The notes beneath the pieces are model-generated. The model worked only from the letters and a program-made list of their open reading frames with translations. It was not told where the DNA came from and did no database searches. Below are positions 11,019 through 20,185 of a DNA stretch of 41,775 bases, piece after piece. A program made the translations under genes and the position numbers. The stretch is taken from NCBI GenBank assembly GCA_019358935.1, contig JAHHIK010000072.1, positions 1 through 41,775 on the forward strand, in the 5' to 3' direction. This stretch comes from Tolypothrix carrinoi HA7290-LM1. GTDB lineage: Bacteria; Cyanobacteriota; Cyanobacteriia; Cyanobacteriales; Nostocaceae. Each line of letters opens with the position of its first letter. Positions within the stretch are counted from its first letter, which is position 1.

Positions 11019-11837
11019 GATTATTAACCTCAACTAAATAATTTTATCAAGTTTTATTTGACTTTTTTTTGGTTTTTGAACTTTTTTTAGGAATCAGCAA
11101 CTAGGGCTTCCATAATTTTTCTTTTTATTTTATAATGGTTTGTAAAATAAATACACGTCCCAGCTTCATCAAGAGTAGATATTATTTATTAGAGCGATTT
11201 GTCAACTAATTTGAACCTTAGGCAAACACAAATATAATTCCAGCAGAGAATAGCAAGCAGATTTCTGCGGTACAAGTTCAGAAAATTTCCCATCAGAGGC
11301 ATAGATAGCACTTTGTGCAATAATGTTTTGGGAGCCAAATCACTTCAATACGATCTGCCTCGCTACCAGTGCAGAAAGCGGAACTTAAGTTGAGGCAAAC
11401 ATCTTCAGGATCTTTTTTTGCCCTAGTCAGGCGTTTCCCCAATTGATATTTGTGTTTATTGATTTATTTTTGCACAGCCGCTTTTTGCCCAAAATTTCCA
11501 CAGACAATTTCAGATAAGAGAGTGACTCTTTCATTTTATTATTTTTTTGGAACATTTTCCATGTTGTCAATTAAAAAACAATTATCAGACTTTTGATAGA
11601 CAAATTAGCTTGCTTTGAATTTCTCTATACTTGAGAAGCGCGAACTGAGTGTTTTATGATATTTACGTATTGGTATACTATAGTAATTGAAGCAAAGATG
11701 TCAGGCTATAAGTTGGATAAATATTGGCAAAAAAAATAAGCGTAAAAATCTAATTAAAGCCGAAGTAGAAAGTACAGATTGTATCATTTTAAACAATATT
11801 GTGTAATTTTAAGCAAACCTTCCTTCAAGAAAAACTA

Positions 11838-13271
11838 ATGACACAAACATTTTTGAGCGATCGCTATCGGATTATCAGCATACTTGGAACTGGTGGATTT
11901 TGTGAAACATTCTTAGCCGAAGATACGCAAATGCCTTCGGGAAGAACTTGTGTAATTAAACAACTCAAACCAGTTGCCAACAACCCTCATATTCACTACT
12001 TAGTACAAAGACGATTTCAAAGAGAAGCTGCCATTTTAGAAGAATTGGGAGGAGTAAGCAAGCAAATTCCCACGTTGTACGCATACTTTCAAGAGGACGA
12101 TCAATTTTACTTAGTACAAGAATGCGTTAGCGGAGAAACCCTGAGCCAAAAAGTCAAACAAAGCGGGTGTCTGAAAGAAAGCGAGGTACGCTCAATTTTA
12201 ATAAGTCTGTTAGAAGTGCTGGAATATGTGCACAGCAAAGGCATAATCCATCGCGATATTAAGCCAGACAATATTATTCTGCGATCCAGCGATAACAAAC
12301 CAGTTTTAATTGATTTTGGCGCTGTGCGAGAAACGATGGCAACAGTGGTAAATTCCGAAGGTAATATTAGCAGTTCCATCGTCGTCGGTACACCAGGGTT
12401 TATGCCAAACGAACAAGCTGCCGGACGTCCGGTTTTTGCCAGTGACTTGTATAGTTTGGGACTAACAGCTATATATTTACTGATGGGAAAAATGCCAGAA
12501 CAATTGGCAACAGACTCCTACACTGGCGAGAATATTTGGGATCGGCAAATTGTCAGTCCAAGTTTGGCAGCGGTATTAGATAAAGCAATTCGGTTTGATG
12601 TTAGAGAACGCTTTCCCAGTGCAAAAGCAATGCTGAATGCTTTGCAGAATATGACAAATTCCCTTCCCCAAAAAACACCTACTTTTTTTCAACAGCCTTC
12701 GGAAAGTATTCCTGTTACTTCCGAGTCTGCAATTCAAAGCAGCAAACAAAACGCTATTTTTATCGGCAGTATTTTAGTTGCAGGTGTAGTAATGGGTGCA
12801 TCTGTAATTATTGGTCTTTTGCTGACAAATTCTCCTCAACCAGAGGGATATAAACAAGCGACATCTTCGCTATTGACAAAACCACAAGTTGGCGAAGCGT
12901 CATTACCATCAGCGAATAGAAATTCTCAAATAGCGTCATCGGAATCCGCAATTATTAACAGCGCCAATCTGCCTAATTATTTTCATTTCATCGCAGATTC
13001 TACCTTTCCAAATCTGCAAACTGCGGTTGAGCAAATTAAGACTTTACAAGTGGCAGGTTATCGTCAGCCAGGAGTATTTTGGATACCAGATTATCCAAAT
13101 CTGTCAGATAAACGTTCATTTGTAGTTTATGCAGCCACATTTAGCGATCGCCCCAGTTGCATCAACTTCCTGAAAAATTATGGAAAAGTCAATCCGGGAG
13201 CGTATTGCGGCTTCGCTAGCAAAGATCCACAGGCACCGTCTGATAAAGTGTATTACCAGGAATTACAGTAA
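11838..13271 (+). CDS. Pkn2-type Ser/Thr protein kinase with a TM helix and a C-terminal SPOR-like extracytoplasmic domain
   Basis: LGTGGFC loop, VIK, HRDIKPDN, DFG, GTPGFMP.E, SDLYSLG; TM AIFIGSILVAGVVMGASVIIGLLL; ATG at 11838. Confidence 0.93.
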   Translation: MTQTFLSDRYRIISILGTGGFCETFLAEDTQMPSGRTCVIKQLKPVANNPHIHYLVQRRFQREAAILEELGGVSKQIPTLYAYFQEDDQFYLVQECVSGETLSQKVKQSGCLKESEVRSILISLLEVLEYVHSKGIIHRDIKPDNIILRSSDNKPVLIDFGAVRETMATVVNSEGNISSSIVVGTPGFMPNEQAAGRPVFASDLYSLGLTAIYLLMGKMPEQLATDSYTGENIWDRQIVSPSLAAVLDKAIRFDVRERFPSAKAMLNALQNMTNSLPQKTPTFFQQPSESIPVTSESAIQSSKQNAIFIGSILVAGVVMGASVIIGLLLTNSPQPEGYKQATSSLLTKPQVGEASLPSANRNSQIASSESAIINSANLPNYFHFIADSTFPNLQTAVEQIKTLQVAGYRQPGVFWIPDYPNLSDKRSFVVYAATFSDRPSCINFLKNYGKVNPGAYCGFASKDPQAPSDKVYYQELQ

Positions 13272-13357
13272 AAATATCCGATAAACATCTATCTTAAGGA
13301 AGAATTGCTTAGATGGCAATTTCAACTCCCCTAACTATTAGTTGGGGGAGAAACATT

Positions 13358-13471
13358 CGTAGAGACGTTTTGCCCGGTCGTAGAGACGTTCCGTCCGGTC
13401 GTAGAGACGTTCCGTCCGGTCGTAGAGACGTTCCGTCCGGTCGTAGAGACGTTCCACTGGAACGTCTCTAC
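13358..13471. repeat. Four 21-nt tandem half-REP units followed by one complete REP-like palindrome
   Basis: CGTAGAGACGTTCCGTCCGGT x4 (first copy variant), then GTAGAGACGTTCCA-C-TGGAACGTCTCTAC. Confidence 0.9.
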
Positions 13472-13483
13472 TTGTTTTTTCGC

Positions 13484-13577
13484 GTTTACCGAACCTGTAA
13501 TTTTCAGTTTACCGCACCTTTATTAGCCTGATATTTATATTCGGTAATCATCCTTAATTAAGTGACAAAAACCGAAT
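13484..13577 (+). promoter_or_regulatory. Putative heat-shock regulatory motifs (GTNCGG/K-box-like) upstream of hspA
   Basis: Direct repeat GTTTACCGAACC (13484) and GTTTACCGCACC (13507), whose reverse complements contain GTTCGG/GTGCGG; inverted pair ATTCGG (13539) and CCGAAT (13572). Confidence 0.45.
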
Positions 13578-13653
13578 TTGCCATCTTTTCTTTACTAATA
13601 CTATGAGATTAAAGCAATGAATTAAATCATCAACCAAAGAGGCAAAAAGTAAT

Positions 13654-14103
13654 ATGTTAGTTCGTTACAACCCCTGGCAAGAACTCAATACCTTAGAACG
13701 TCAAATCAACCGCATGTTTGCAGATACCAAAGTACCCTCCGCAGTGTTTGAAAAAGGATTAGTCATTCCCGCTGCTGAGTTGCAAGAAACATCAGACGCG
13801 CTTCTTTTGAAGGTAGAAGTTCCCGGAATGAACGCGAACGATTTGGATGTGCAAGTCACAGAAAATGCAGTTCACATCAGCGGTGAGCGCAAATCAGAAA
13901 CCAAAACTGATGACAAAGGTCGTACTGTGACCGAGTTTCAATATGGCAAATTCCAGCGCGTAATTCCTTTACCTGCTCGCATTCAAAACACTAACGTTAA
14001 GGCAGAATACAAAGATGGTATTTTGAATCTGACACTGCCGAAAACCGAACAAGAAAAGAACAAAGTCGTCAAAGTTAACTTAGAGCAAAATTCTGCTGGT
14101 TAA
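13654..14103 (+). CDS. hspA: Small heat shock protein (Hsp20/alpha-crystallin)
   Basis: MLVRYNPWQE, PAAELQET..EVPG, ISGERK, GKFQRVIPLP, AEYKDGILNLTLPK. Confidence 0.93.
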   Translation: MLVRYNPWQELNTLERQINRMFADTKVPSAVFEKGLVIPAAELQETSDALLLKVEVPGMNANDLDVQVTENAVHISGERKSETKTDDKGRTVTEFQYGKFQRVIPLPARIQNTNVKAEYKDGILNLTLPKTEQEKNKVVKVNLEQNSAG

Positions 14104-14154
14104 TTGATGATGTTTTACTTTCCTTGCACAGTAGGTTAATTTAACCTAATTTAT

Positions 14155-14186
14155 GCCCGGTTGCGTAAAAGCATCCGGGCTTTTTT
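14155..14186 (+). terminator. Rho-independent terminator of hspA
   Basis: GCCCGGTTGC-GTAAAA-GCATCCGGGC followed by TTTTTT. Confidence 0.85.
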
Positions 14187-14203
14187 CGTAGTCAGCGTTT
14201 CAA

Positions 14204-14328
14204 CAATACGGTTCGGTTAAGATAGCCTTCACCGTGAACGGTGAGGCTATAGGAACCAAGCCTGCCTTCGCAGGCTTTGTCTGTGTAGCCCCAGGCTGAA
14301 GCCTGTGGGCTATAACCGAACCGTAGTA
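14204..14328. mobile_element. 125-bp MITE with ~18-bp terminal inverted repeats and a 10-bp target-site duplication
   Basis: Left TIR CAATACGGTTCGGTTAAG, right TIR TATAACCGAACCGTAGTA; AGCGTTTCAA flanks both ends (14194-14203, 14329-14338); three internal hairpins. Confidence 0.9.
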
Positions 14329-14402
14329 AGCGTTTCAACGCTTAAGAAAGCACACACGAGTGCTTACTACAATAAAGATATATAGTTTGCACTTTAATAG
14401 AG

Positions 14403-15431
14403 ATGAAAGACGAAAATTTAAATAAGAAAAAGGGTAAATCTCTCCCCCCGAAGCTGATTATTAAGCTGGGAAAGTTTGTCTGGACGACTCTTTGGCATAT
14501 GATGATGTCGAAACTCGCACCACGCAATAAGTCGGGAGAGTATATTCGTCCTAACAGTCAGTTTAGAAGTTTTGTTGGCAAAGAAGACGGAAATTTGTAC
14601 CCACCAGCAACAGGACGCTATCATCTTTATGTTGGCATGAGTTGTCCTTGGGCGCATCGAACTTTGGTAGTGCGATCGCTTAAGAAACTTGAAGATGTAA
14701 TATCAGTATCTATCGTCTTTCCTTCACCAATCGAAGGGGGTTGGGTGTTCAACCAAGAAGAACAAAATTGTCGCACACTTGCTCAATTGTATGAGCTAGC
14801 AGCACCAAATTACACCGGACGCTCTACAGTTCCGGTGTTGTGGGATAAAGAAACGAAAACTATCGTTAACAATGAGAGTGCAGAGATTATTGTCATGCTG
14901 AACTCTGAATTTAACGACTTTGCCAAAAATCCCACACTAAATCTTTATCCAGAGGAATTAAAAGAAAAAATTGACTGGTGGAATGAGAAAATTTATCACT
15001 CAGTTAACAATGGGGTGTATCGTTGCGGTTTTGCCCAAACTCAAGAAGCTTACAATCAAGTTTGTAATGAATTGTTCGCCACTTTGGATGAAATTGACGC
15101 AGCACTTTCAACAAGTCGATATCTTTGCGGTGATAATGTCACATTAGCGGATGTTCGTTTATTTACGACATTATTCCGCTTTGATAGTGCGTATTACGGT
15201 TTGTTTAAGTGCAACCGCCGGCGAATTCAAGATTATCATAATTTGGGAGCTTATTTACGTGATATGTATCAGCTTCCCGGTATTGCTGACACCTGCGATG
15301 TGGAAAGTGTGAAGCAAGATTATTATGGCAACCTTTTTCCGCTCAATCCTGGTAGCATTATTCCTGCTGGTCCTGATATGTCGTGTCTCTTAGAACCACA
15401 CAATCGCGGTATGATTGGGAAAGCAGAATAA
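14403..15431 (+). CDS. Glutathionyl-hydroquinone reductase (GST Xi/omega class, YqjG/ECM4-like)
   Basis: CPWAHR active site, TVPVLWDK, IVNNESAEI, VNNGVYRCGFA, ADVRLFTTLFRFD, NPGSIIPAGP. Confidence 0.93.
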   Translation: MKDENLNKKKGKSLPPKLIIKLGKFVWTTLWHMMMSKLAPRNKSGEYIRPNSQFRSFVGKEDGNLYPPATGRYHLYVGMSCPWAHRTLVVRSLKKLEDVISVSIVFPSPIEGGWVFNQEEQNCRTLAQLYELAAPNYTGRSTVPVLWDKETKTIVNNESAEIIVMLNSEFNDFAKNPTLNLYPEELKEKIDWWNEKIYHSVNNGVYRCGFAQTQEAYNQVCNELFATLDEIDAALSTSRYLCGDNVTLADVRLFTTLFRFDSAYYGLFKCNRRRIQDYHNLGAYLRDMYQLPGIADTCDVESVKQDYYGNLFPLNPGSIIPAGPDMSCLLEPHNRGMIGKAE

Positions 15432-15450
15432 AGTGGAAGTCTCAACAATC

Positions 15451-15577
15451 GCCAAGGATTTTAATCCTTGGCTAAGAGCGAAAGTCGTCTAAAGACGACT
15501 ACAAATGGATTGAGTAGCAACGCACCATCCCAGATGTTCGGTGCGTTCTTGTCGTTTGGTCTATGACGCACCCTACC
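15451..15577. repeat. Cluster of REP-like hairpins between the GST and vapB genes
   Basis: GCCAAGGATT-TT-AATCCTTGGC; AGTCGTCT-AA-AGACGACT; AACGCACC...GGTGCGTT ending in GACGCACCCTAC. Confidence 0.7.
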
Positions 15578-15615
15578 AGATTAAAGCCAATATTGGTATC
15601 GAGCAAAAATCTCAT
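15499..15615 (-). pseudogene. vapC: Truncated vapC (PIN toxin) stub
   Basis: ATG overlaps the vapB stop (ATGA, 15612-15615) and reads MRFLLDTNI, the PIN-domain N-terminal motif, then runs into REP-derived sequence and stops after 38 codons. Confidence 0.75.
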
Positions 15616-15839
15616 TCCAGTTCTTCTCTCATTTGCAATGGCTGTTCTCTGGTTGACATAAAATCATCAGAGAAGAGATTTAAGCTATCAAATAATGTTT
15701 GCCAAGGATTTTCTTTGGAAATTAAAACAACAGCATTACCTATTTTTTTAATGTAAACTTCCGAGCCTTGAAACTGGAATTCTTTGGGTAAAATCACTGT
15801 TTGATTATCGCCATTCGTTATTAATTGAGCCGTGTTCAT
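15612..15839 (-). CDS. vapB: VapB-type antitoxin (AbrB/MazE/SpoVT fold)
   Basis: MNTAQLITNGDNQTVILPKEFQFQGSEVYIKKIGNAVVLI...FSDDFM..REQP; GGAG RBS. Confidence 0.88.
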   Translation of the reverse strand: MNTAQLITNGDNQTVILPKEFQFQGSEVYIKKIGNAVVLISKENPWQTLFDSLNLFSDDFMSTREQPLQMREELE

Positions 15840-15976
15840 TTTTTAGTCTCCTAATTAAGGTAGTTTCACTTCACAGATAGTTAGTCCCTTATAAATTTAA
15901 TGATTACAAATTAAAAATTTAGTTGTACATTATCTTTAATTTTACATTAGATTGAAATCTAAGGCGGGTGAGAAAA

Positions 15977-17074
15977 CTACCTCAATGTGCGAAAGATGAC
16001 ACGTCCTAGAGAATCTTCTTGGTTGATTCGCGCATACACCCGCAGACAGGTTAACACTTCTCCGGGTGTACCACCGCAATCTAGTTGTAAGTCATCTTTG
16101 GAAAAAGCACAGATATCAGCATAAAGTCCGGATAATTGGCGAATTCGCACATCATAACCTGCGTTATTTGCTTTATCAGCTACTTTTTTCAGGATGCGTC
16201 GCGATTCTTGTTGCAGTTTTCCCCACCAAGAGTAGCGTTCAGCTGGAGGAACGAATATAAGGGAATGTATTGCTTCGTCGATATCAATCCAAGCACGCAG
16301 AGTTAATAAGGGATATGCATTTTCTTCGGCTTTTTGGATGCGTTGAAAGCGATCGCTTAAAGCTTCAATATATTGGTTACGCTGTTCTGGTTTTGAATGC
16401 AAAGATACAACATCAAAGCTAAAAACGCTCTTTAAAGCATGATGTAAATTCGGTTCAATGTCGATAAGTTTTATCAACAAAATCACCATAGATGCAAGTA
16501 GATGCATATCACTCGATTCTTGTCCATGAGTAATTTCATAATTTAAAAGTTCTTTTTGAGACAACTGCAAACCTTGGACATTGATACTACCGCTGAGTCC
16601 TGGGTAAATGACTTCATCGCGGATAAAAGGAAGTTGGCATAAGTTTGAATTATCCTCAATAGCACCAGCCTCTTGAGCAAGATTCAAAGCATGTTGACGC
16701 CAATATCTAGCTATATCCTCAGGAATTCTTAACAGCTTTCGTTGAATTTCGTTCCACAAATCTGAGTCAGTCTGGCTTTGAAGTGGCGAATTTCCTAAAT
16801 ATAAAGCTAGCTCTTTATCGGCATCAAATTCATCGCGGAGGCGTGTTAGTTTTAACTCATTTGTGGACGTGATATTATTTAAAGGCGCGACGGTTGAAGG
16901 TTGCAAAAGATGAGAAATTTCTTGCAGCACTTCGTCGCATATTTTCGCTCCTGGGTCGTCAGATAATTCTGCTTGAGCTTTTTTAAGAGAAGCTTCTAGC
17001 CCGTACAAGCTAAACCGCAATAATCGGGCTAATTCTGAGTTTTCTATTGACAATAGTCGGCGTAAGTGCTGCAT
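15977..17074 (-). CDS. Hypothetical protein, third gene of the dynamin/Hsp70 operon, with a GrpE-like C-terminus
   Basis: 365-aa helical ORF 13 nt downstream of the Hsp70-like gene, AGGAG RBS; C-terminal PGEVLTCLRVYARINQEDSLGRVIF resembles the GrpE beta-domain (inference). Confidence 0.75.
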   Translation of the reverse strand: MQHLRRLLSIENSELARLLRFSLYGLEASLKKAQAELSDDPGAKICDEVLQEISHLLQPSTVAPLNNITSTNELKLTRLRDEFDADKELALYLGNSPLQSQTDSDLWNEIQRKLLRIPEDIARYWRQHALNLAQEAGAIEDNSNLCQLPFIRDEVIYPGLSGSINVQGLQLSQKELLNYEITHGQESSDMHLLASMVILLIKLIDIEPNLHHALKSVFSFDVVSLHSKPEQRNQYIEALSDRFQRIQKAEENAYPLLTLRAWIDIDEAIHSLIFVPPAERYSWWGKLQQESRRILKKVADKANNAGYDVRIRQLSGLYADICAFSKDDLQLDCGGTPGEVLTCLRVYARINQEDSLGRVIFRTLR

Positions 17075-17087
17075 AAACTCCTAACTA

Positions 17088-20000
17088 TTAATGAATGCCA
17101 CAAAATGGATCGCGTTCTTTATCAACTTCGTTGGGTTGTAATTCTAGTTCAGCGCGAAAAACACATCCTTCTTGTTTGAGACATTCTTCATTTGTTGATG
17201 TCCAGTAAGGGACTTCACCGGCGTGCATCCGGAGAATGCCTTTGTCGTCAAGTGTGACATGATATTGGCAAGGATAATCTGTTGTTATTTCTGGTTTGCT
17301 GAGTGAGCCAATTCTTATCCATTTTTTGCTATTTGTTTGGGCATCTGTTTGATAAATATAGAAGGTGTGCTGACCGTTTTGGGGAAAGGGAGGTAAGGGT
17401 TTACTGATTAAACCGGTTCCTGTTTCTTGTAAGCGATCGCGAAGCGGACGCTGTTGTGCAGACTGATCGGAATTAGGCTGGGCAACATACGTGCGATCGC
17501 GTACATAACGAAATTCTTTAATAGATTTACTATCATCGTTTTCTGCCACAAATACCAAATGATAAGCATCTGGTTGATCGACTGTTGCTGACTCGATAAC
17601 ATTGACAGCAATATCACCATTATTCAGCTTTTTATTAGGACGTTCAATCGCAATATTCCAATTCAATTTCCCATCAGAAAATAGCTTTGAGCTTTCCGCA
17701 GTGGGGAAATGCGCTAATATTGCTATTCCCACATCAATACCAGGAACATCAATTAAATAATGAGGATTTCCTCGACACAGCAAGACGTTAAATTGTAGTG
17801 TTTGGTCAATTTCAAATTGAACTTTGATTTTTTTGAGAAATTCTGGTTCTTCTATCTTCAATTTCTCCATCAAACTTTTGCCATCAAAGCTACCCCAAAG
17901 CCGTAAATCTCCATCTTCATAATCTTGACGATAGATGATGTTGCTTAGTTGTATCCCTTGCCAATTGGTGCGAACTTTCGCTACAGATTCCCCATCAGCT
18001 AATTGATAAAGTTCTTGTCCAGCTTTAAATATTGGTAGCAATTCGTTGCTTTGAGTTTTGCGTTTGAAGTTGCAAGGCAAATAATAAAATAAATTTTTGA
18101 CATCTATTTCTAATTGATTCGCTCCCTTACGCAGCAATTGTTTAGATTCTTCTGGATCGAATCTGAGTCTTCGCAATTTTTCGGCATAGCAAGCACCGGC
18201 AGAGGTAGCTAATTTGGTAAACTCTAAAACAAAAGTAATTCGCTCTGGATTCCAGACAAAATATTGTGATTTACTAAACTCCTGGTAAATTTCTTGCTGC
18301 ACTAAATCAAGATTGCAAGTTTTCCCAGATAGAATTAACCAATCAACTTTTTGTCCGCTACTTAGCAAGCGACTTTCCATCAATCCTTTAGCGATACCAA
18401 TTGCTTCTTTAATTGCTGTAGTTGCGGTTCTTTCAAATTGTTGACTGTCTAAGGTGACGTTAATATTATGAGCATTTTGAATGTTGAATTTAATGCAACT
18501 TTGTGTTAATAATTCCGAGATTTGTTGCTCGGAAACAGTGAAAGTTAAAGTAGAACCCTCTGCTGGTGACTTTTGACCTAATTTGAGTTTGGCAGCTTCT
18601 GCATGTTCCCAAAGCGCGTAAAATGTTTGTAAGCGTTGGGGTGCTTGTTGCCAACGAGTAGGTAACACTTTCTCAGCAGTATCTAAAGCATCTTTGTAAG
18701 CTGCGTCACCTTCAGGATTTTCTTTATCTACACATTTCAAAAGACTGCCGCTTTTAAATTTTCCTTGTTCTAAAAAGCGCTCGTTTAATTCCGAGTTAAT
18801 TAAATCTTCTAATTTATCGCTTTCTAAAGCACCGAGAGTAACTGCTGTTAGTAAAGAATCAGCGATCGCTACTTTCAAAAGGCGAAACATTCGCAGTGTA
18901 ATTAACTCTCCACCTAATTGCAAATGTCCAGACGAACCTAACAGCTTGGGAGTAAGTCTATAGTAGCGTCCCCCAAGTCCTCTATCTTCATTATCCGCAA
19001 AAAAGGGAGTTTTATCTTCTAAAGTTAATTCAATTAAAGCTAAATCAGTTGTTCCCCCACCAATATCTAAAACAAGCACATTTTGTGACCATTTATTCTT
19101 TTCTTGATGACAGCGAGTTTTAAAAGATTCAATTCCAATATTCAAATTACCGCCAAACTCTCGCCACAAAAAAAATATCGCCACAGAAACAGCTTCATCA
19201 TAAGCTGTTTGCACATCATCAATACCCAGTTGTTCCACAAGTTCCTTAATTTCCTTGCGAATAACTGGTGGTGCAACAGTTGGATAAGTCACAACTGCCG
19301 TCAACAAATCCCCTTCCGAAAACTTACGTCGTGCGCGTTGTCGATAATCTTCAGTTAACTCAACAAGATGTCCCCAAGCAGCTTGAATTAACTGATTAAC
19401 AGTAATTGTAGTTTCTTCGCCATCTAAAATAACACCAAAAGACCGCTCTTGACCAAAATATCTTTTAGGTGAATGATGAAACTTGCTAATAATTTCCTTT
19501 AAAGAACCGCTAGTTCCTTGAGCGATCGCCTTTTTTCTATTATCTCTCGCTTCTCTCCCCATCTTCAATTTCAAAGCATCCAAACTAGAAACTTCCAACT
19601 CACTAGGAATCTCCGTATCTCGACGGTCAATATCTAACACTACCGGAATGAGATTTTGCGACTCTAAAGTAGGAACGCGAAACACCTCATGATATATTTG
19701 ATAAAGTTTTTTGCTCACAGCACGACGAAAGCGATCGCTAGTTCCCAAACATAATTCAATTTGGCGAATCGCTTCTAAAAATCGCTCTTTGTTATCACTT
19801 TCAAAAACTTCACTTAACTGACTTGGTTCTATTTCCAGATTTTTGCTAACTTCCGCGATGAACTTATCCCAATCACTCGCGCTGATATCTGGTAAAGCAA
19901 TTGTAGCCGGAGAACTCAACCATTGCGCCAAGCGATCGCGCAAACGTAACTCTTGTTCTCTCGGCAGAATTTCGGCGATAGGAACTTCAATCGGGTCGAA

Positions 20001-20159
20001 TAATGTGACCGTAGAATTTGATGTGCCAAAATCTACCGCAAACCATCCGGGAAATCTTTTTTTTGGCTTCTCAGTTTTGTTGTTAAGTTGTTCAAAATTC
20101 ATTGTTAATAATTCGGTAATTTCTTTGACGCTATTATTGTTGGATTGGAAAAGGTTCAT
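17088..20159 (-). CDS. Large divergent Hsp70/actin-fold ATPase (SrfB-like)
   Basis: Phosphate-1 AVDFGTSNS, connect-1 YDEAVSVA, phosphate-2 VLDIGGGTTD, GGELIT, AEAAKLKL, adenosine ILSGK, connect-2 KLATSAGA; no canonical DnaK substrate-binding domain. Confidence 0.88.
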   Translation of the reverse strand: MNLFQSNNNSVKEITELLTMNFEQLNNKTEKPKKRFPGWFAVDFGTSNSTVTLFDPIEVPIAEILPREQELRLRDRLAQWLSSPATIALPDISASDWDKFIAEVSKNLEIEPSQLSEVFESDNKERFLEAIRQIELCLGTSDRFRRAVSKKLYQIYHEVFRVPTLESQNLIPVVLDIDRRDTEIPSELEVSSLDALKLKMGREARDNRKKAIAQGTSGSLKEIISKFHHSPKRYFGQERSFGVILDGEETTITVNQLIQAAWGHLVELTEDYRQRARRKFSEGDLLTAVVTYPTVAPPVIRKEIKELVEQLGIDDVQTAYDEAVSVAIFFLWREFGGNLNIGIESFKTRCHQEKNKWSQNVLVLDIGGGTTDLALIELTLEDKTPFFADNEDRGLGGRYYRLTPKLLGSSGHLQLGGELITLRMFRLLKVAIADSLLTAVTLGALESDKLEDLINSELNERFLEQGKFKSGSLLKCVDKENPEGDAAYKDALDTAEKVLPTRWQQAPQRLQTFYALWEHAEAAKLKLGQKSPAEGSTLTFTVSEQQISELLTQSCIKFNIQNAHNINVTLDSQQFERTATTAIKEAIGIAKGLMESRLLSSGQKVDWLILSGKTCNLDLVQQEIYQEFSKSQYFVWNPERITFVLEFTKLATSAGACYAEKLRRLRFDPEESKQLLRKGANQLEIDVKNLFYYLPCNFKRKTQSNELLPIFKAGQELYQLADGESVAKVRTNWQGIQLSNIIYRQDYEDGDLRLWGSFDGKSLMEKLKIEEPEFLKKIKVQFEIDQTLQFNVLLCRGNPHYLIDVPGIDVGIAILAHFPTAESSKLFSDGKLNWNIAIERPNKKLNNGDIAVNVIESATVDQPDAYHLVFVAENDDSKSIKEFRYVRDRTYVAQPNSDQSAQQRPLRDRLQETGTGLISKPLPPFPQNGQHTFYIYQTDAQTNSKKWIRIGSLSKPEITTDYPCQYHVTLDDKGILRMHAGEVPYWTSTNEECLKQEGCVFRAELELQPNEVDKERDPFCGIH
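17433..17500. mobile_element. 60-nt in-frame insertion flanked by duplicated HIP1 sites (SDR5-like)
   Basis: GCGATCGC at 17433 and 17493, exactly 60 nt apart; the insert starts GAAGCGGACGC and is GC-rich relative to the gene. Confidence 0.65.
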
Positions 20160-20185
20160 GTTTGTAGGGAGTTTGGATTAGGAGA

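Noticed and set aside
11142..11156. Possible NtcA box TGTA-AAATAAA-TACA
   Set aside because: The spacer is 7 nt, not the canonical 8.
11034..11837. Riboswitch or ncRNA in the 800-bp intergenic region (AGGCAAACA occurs twice)
   Set aside because: No complete c-di-GMP or other riboswitch consensus was recognisable by eye; an Infernal/Rfam scan is needed.
13358..13471. Possible CRISPR array
   Set aside because: Units are contiguous 21-mers with no unique spacers, and there are no cas genes in the window.
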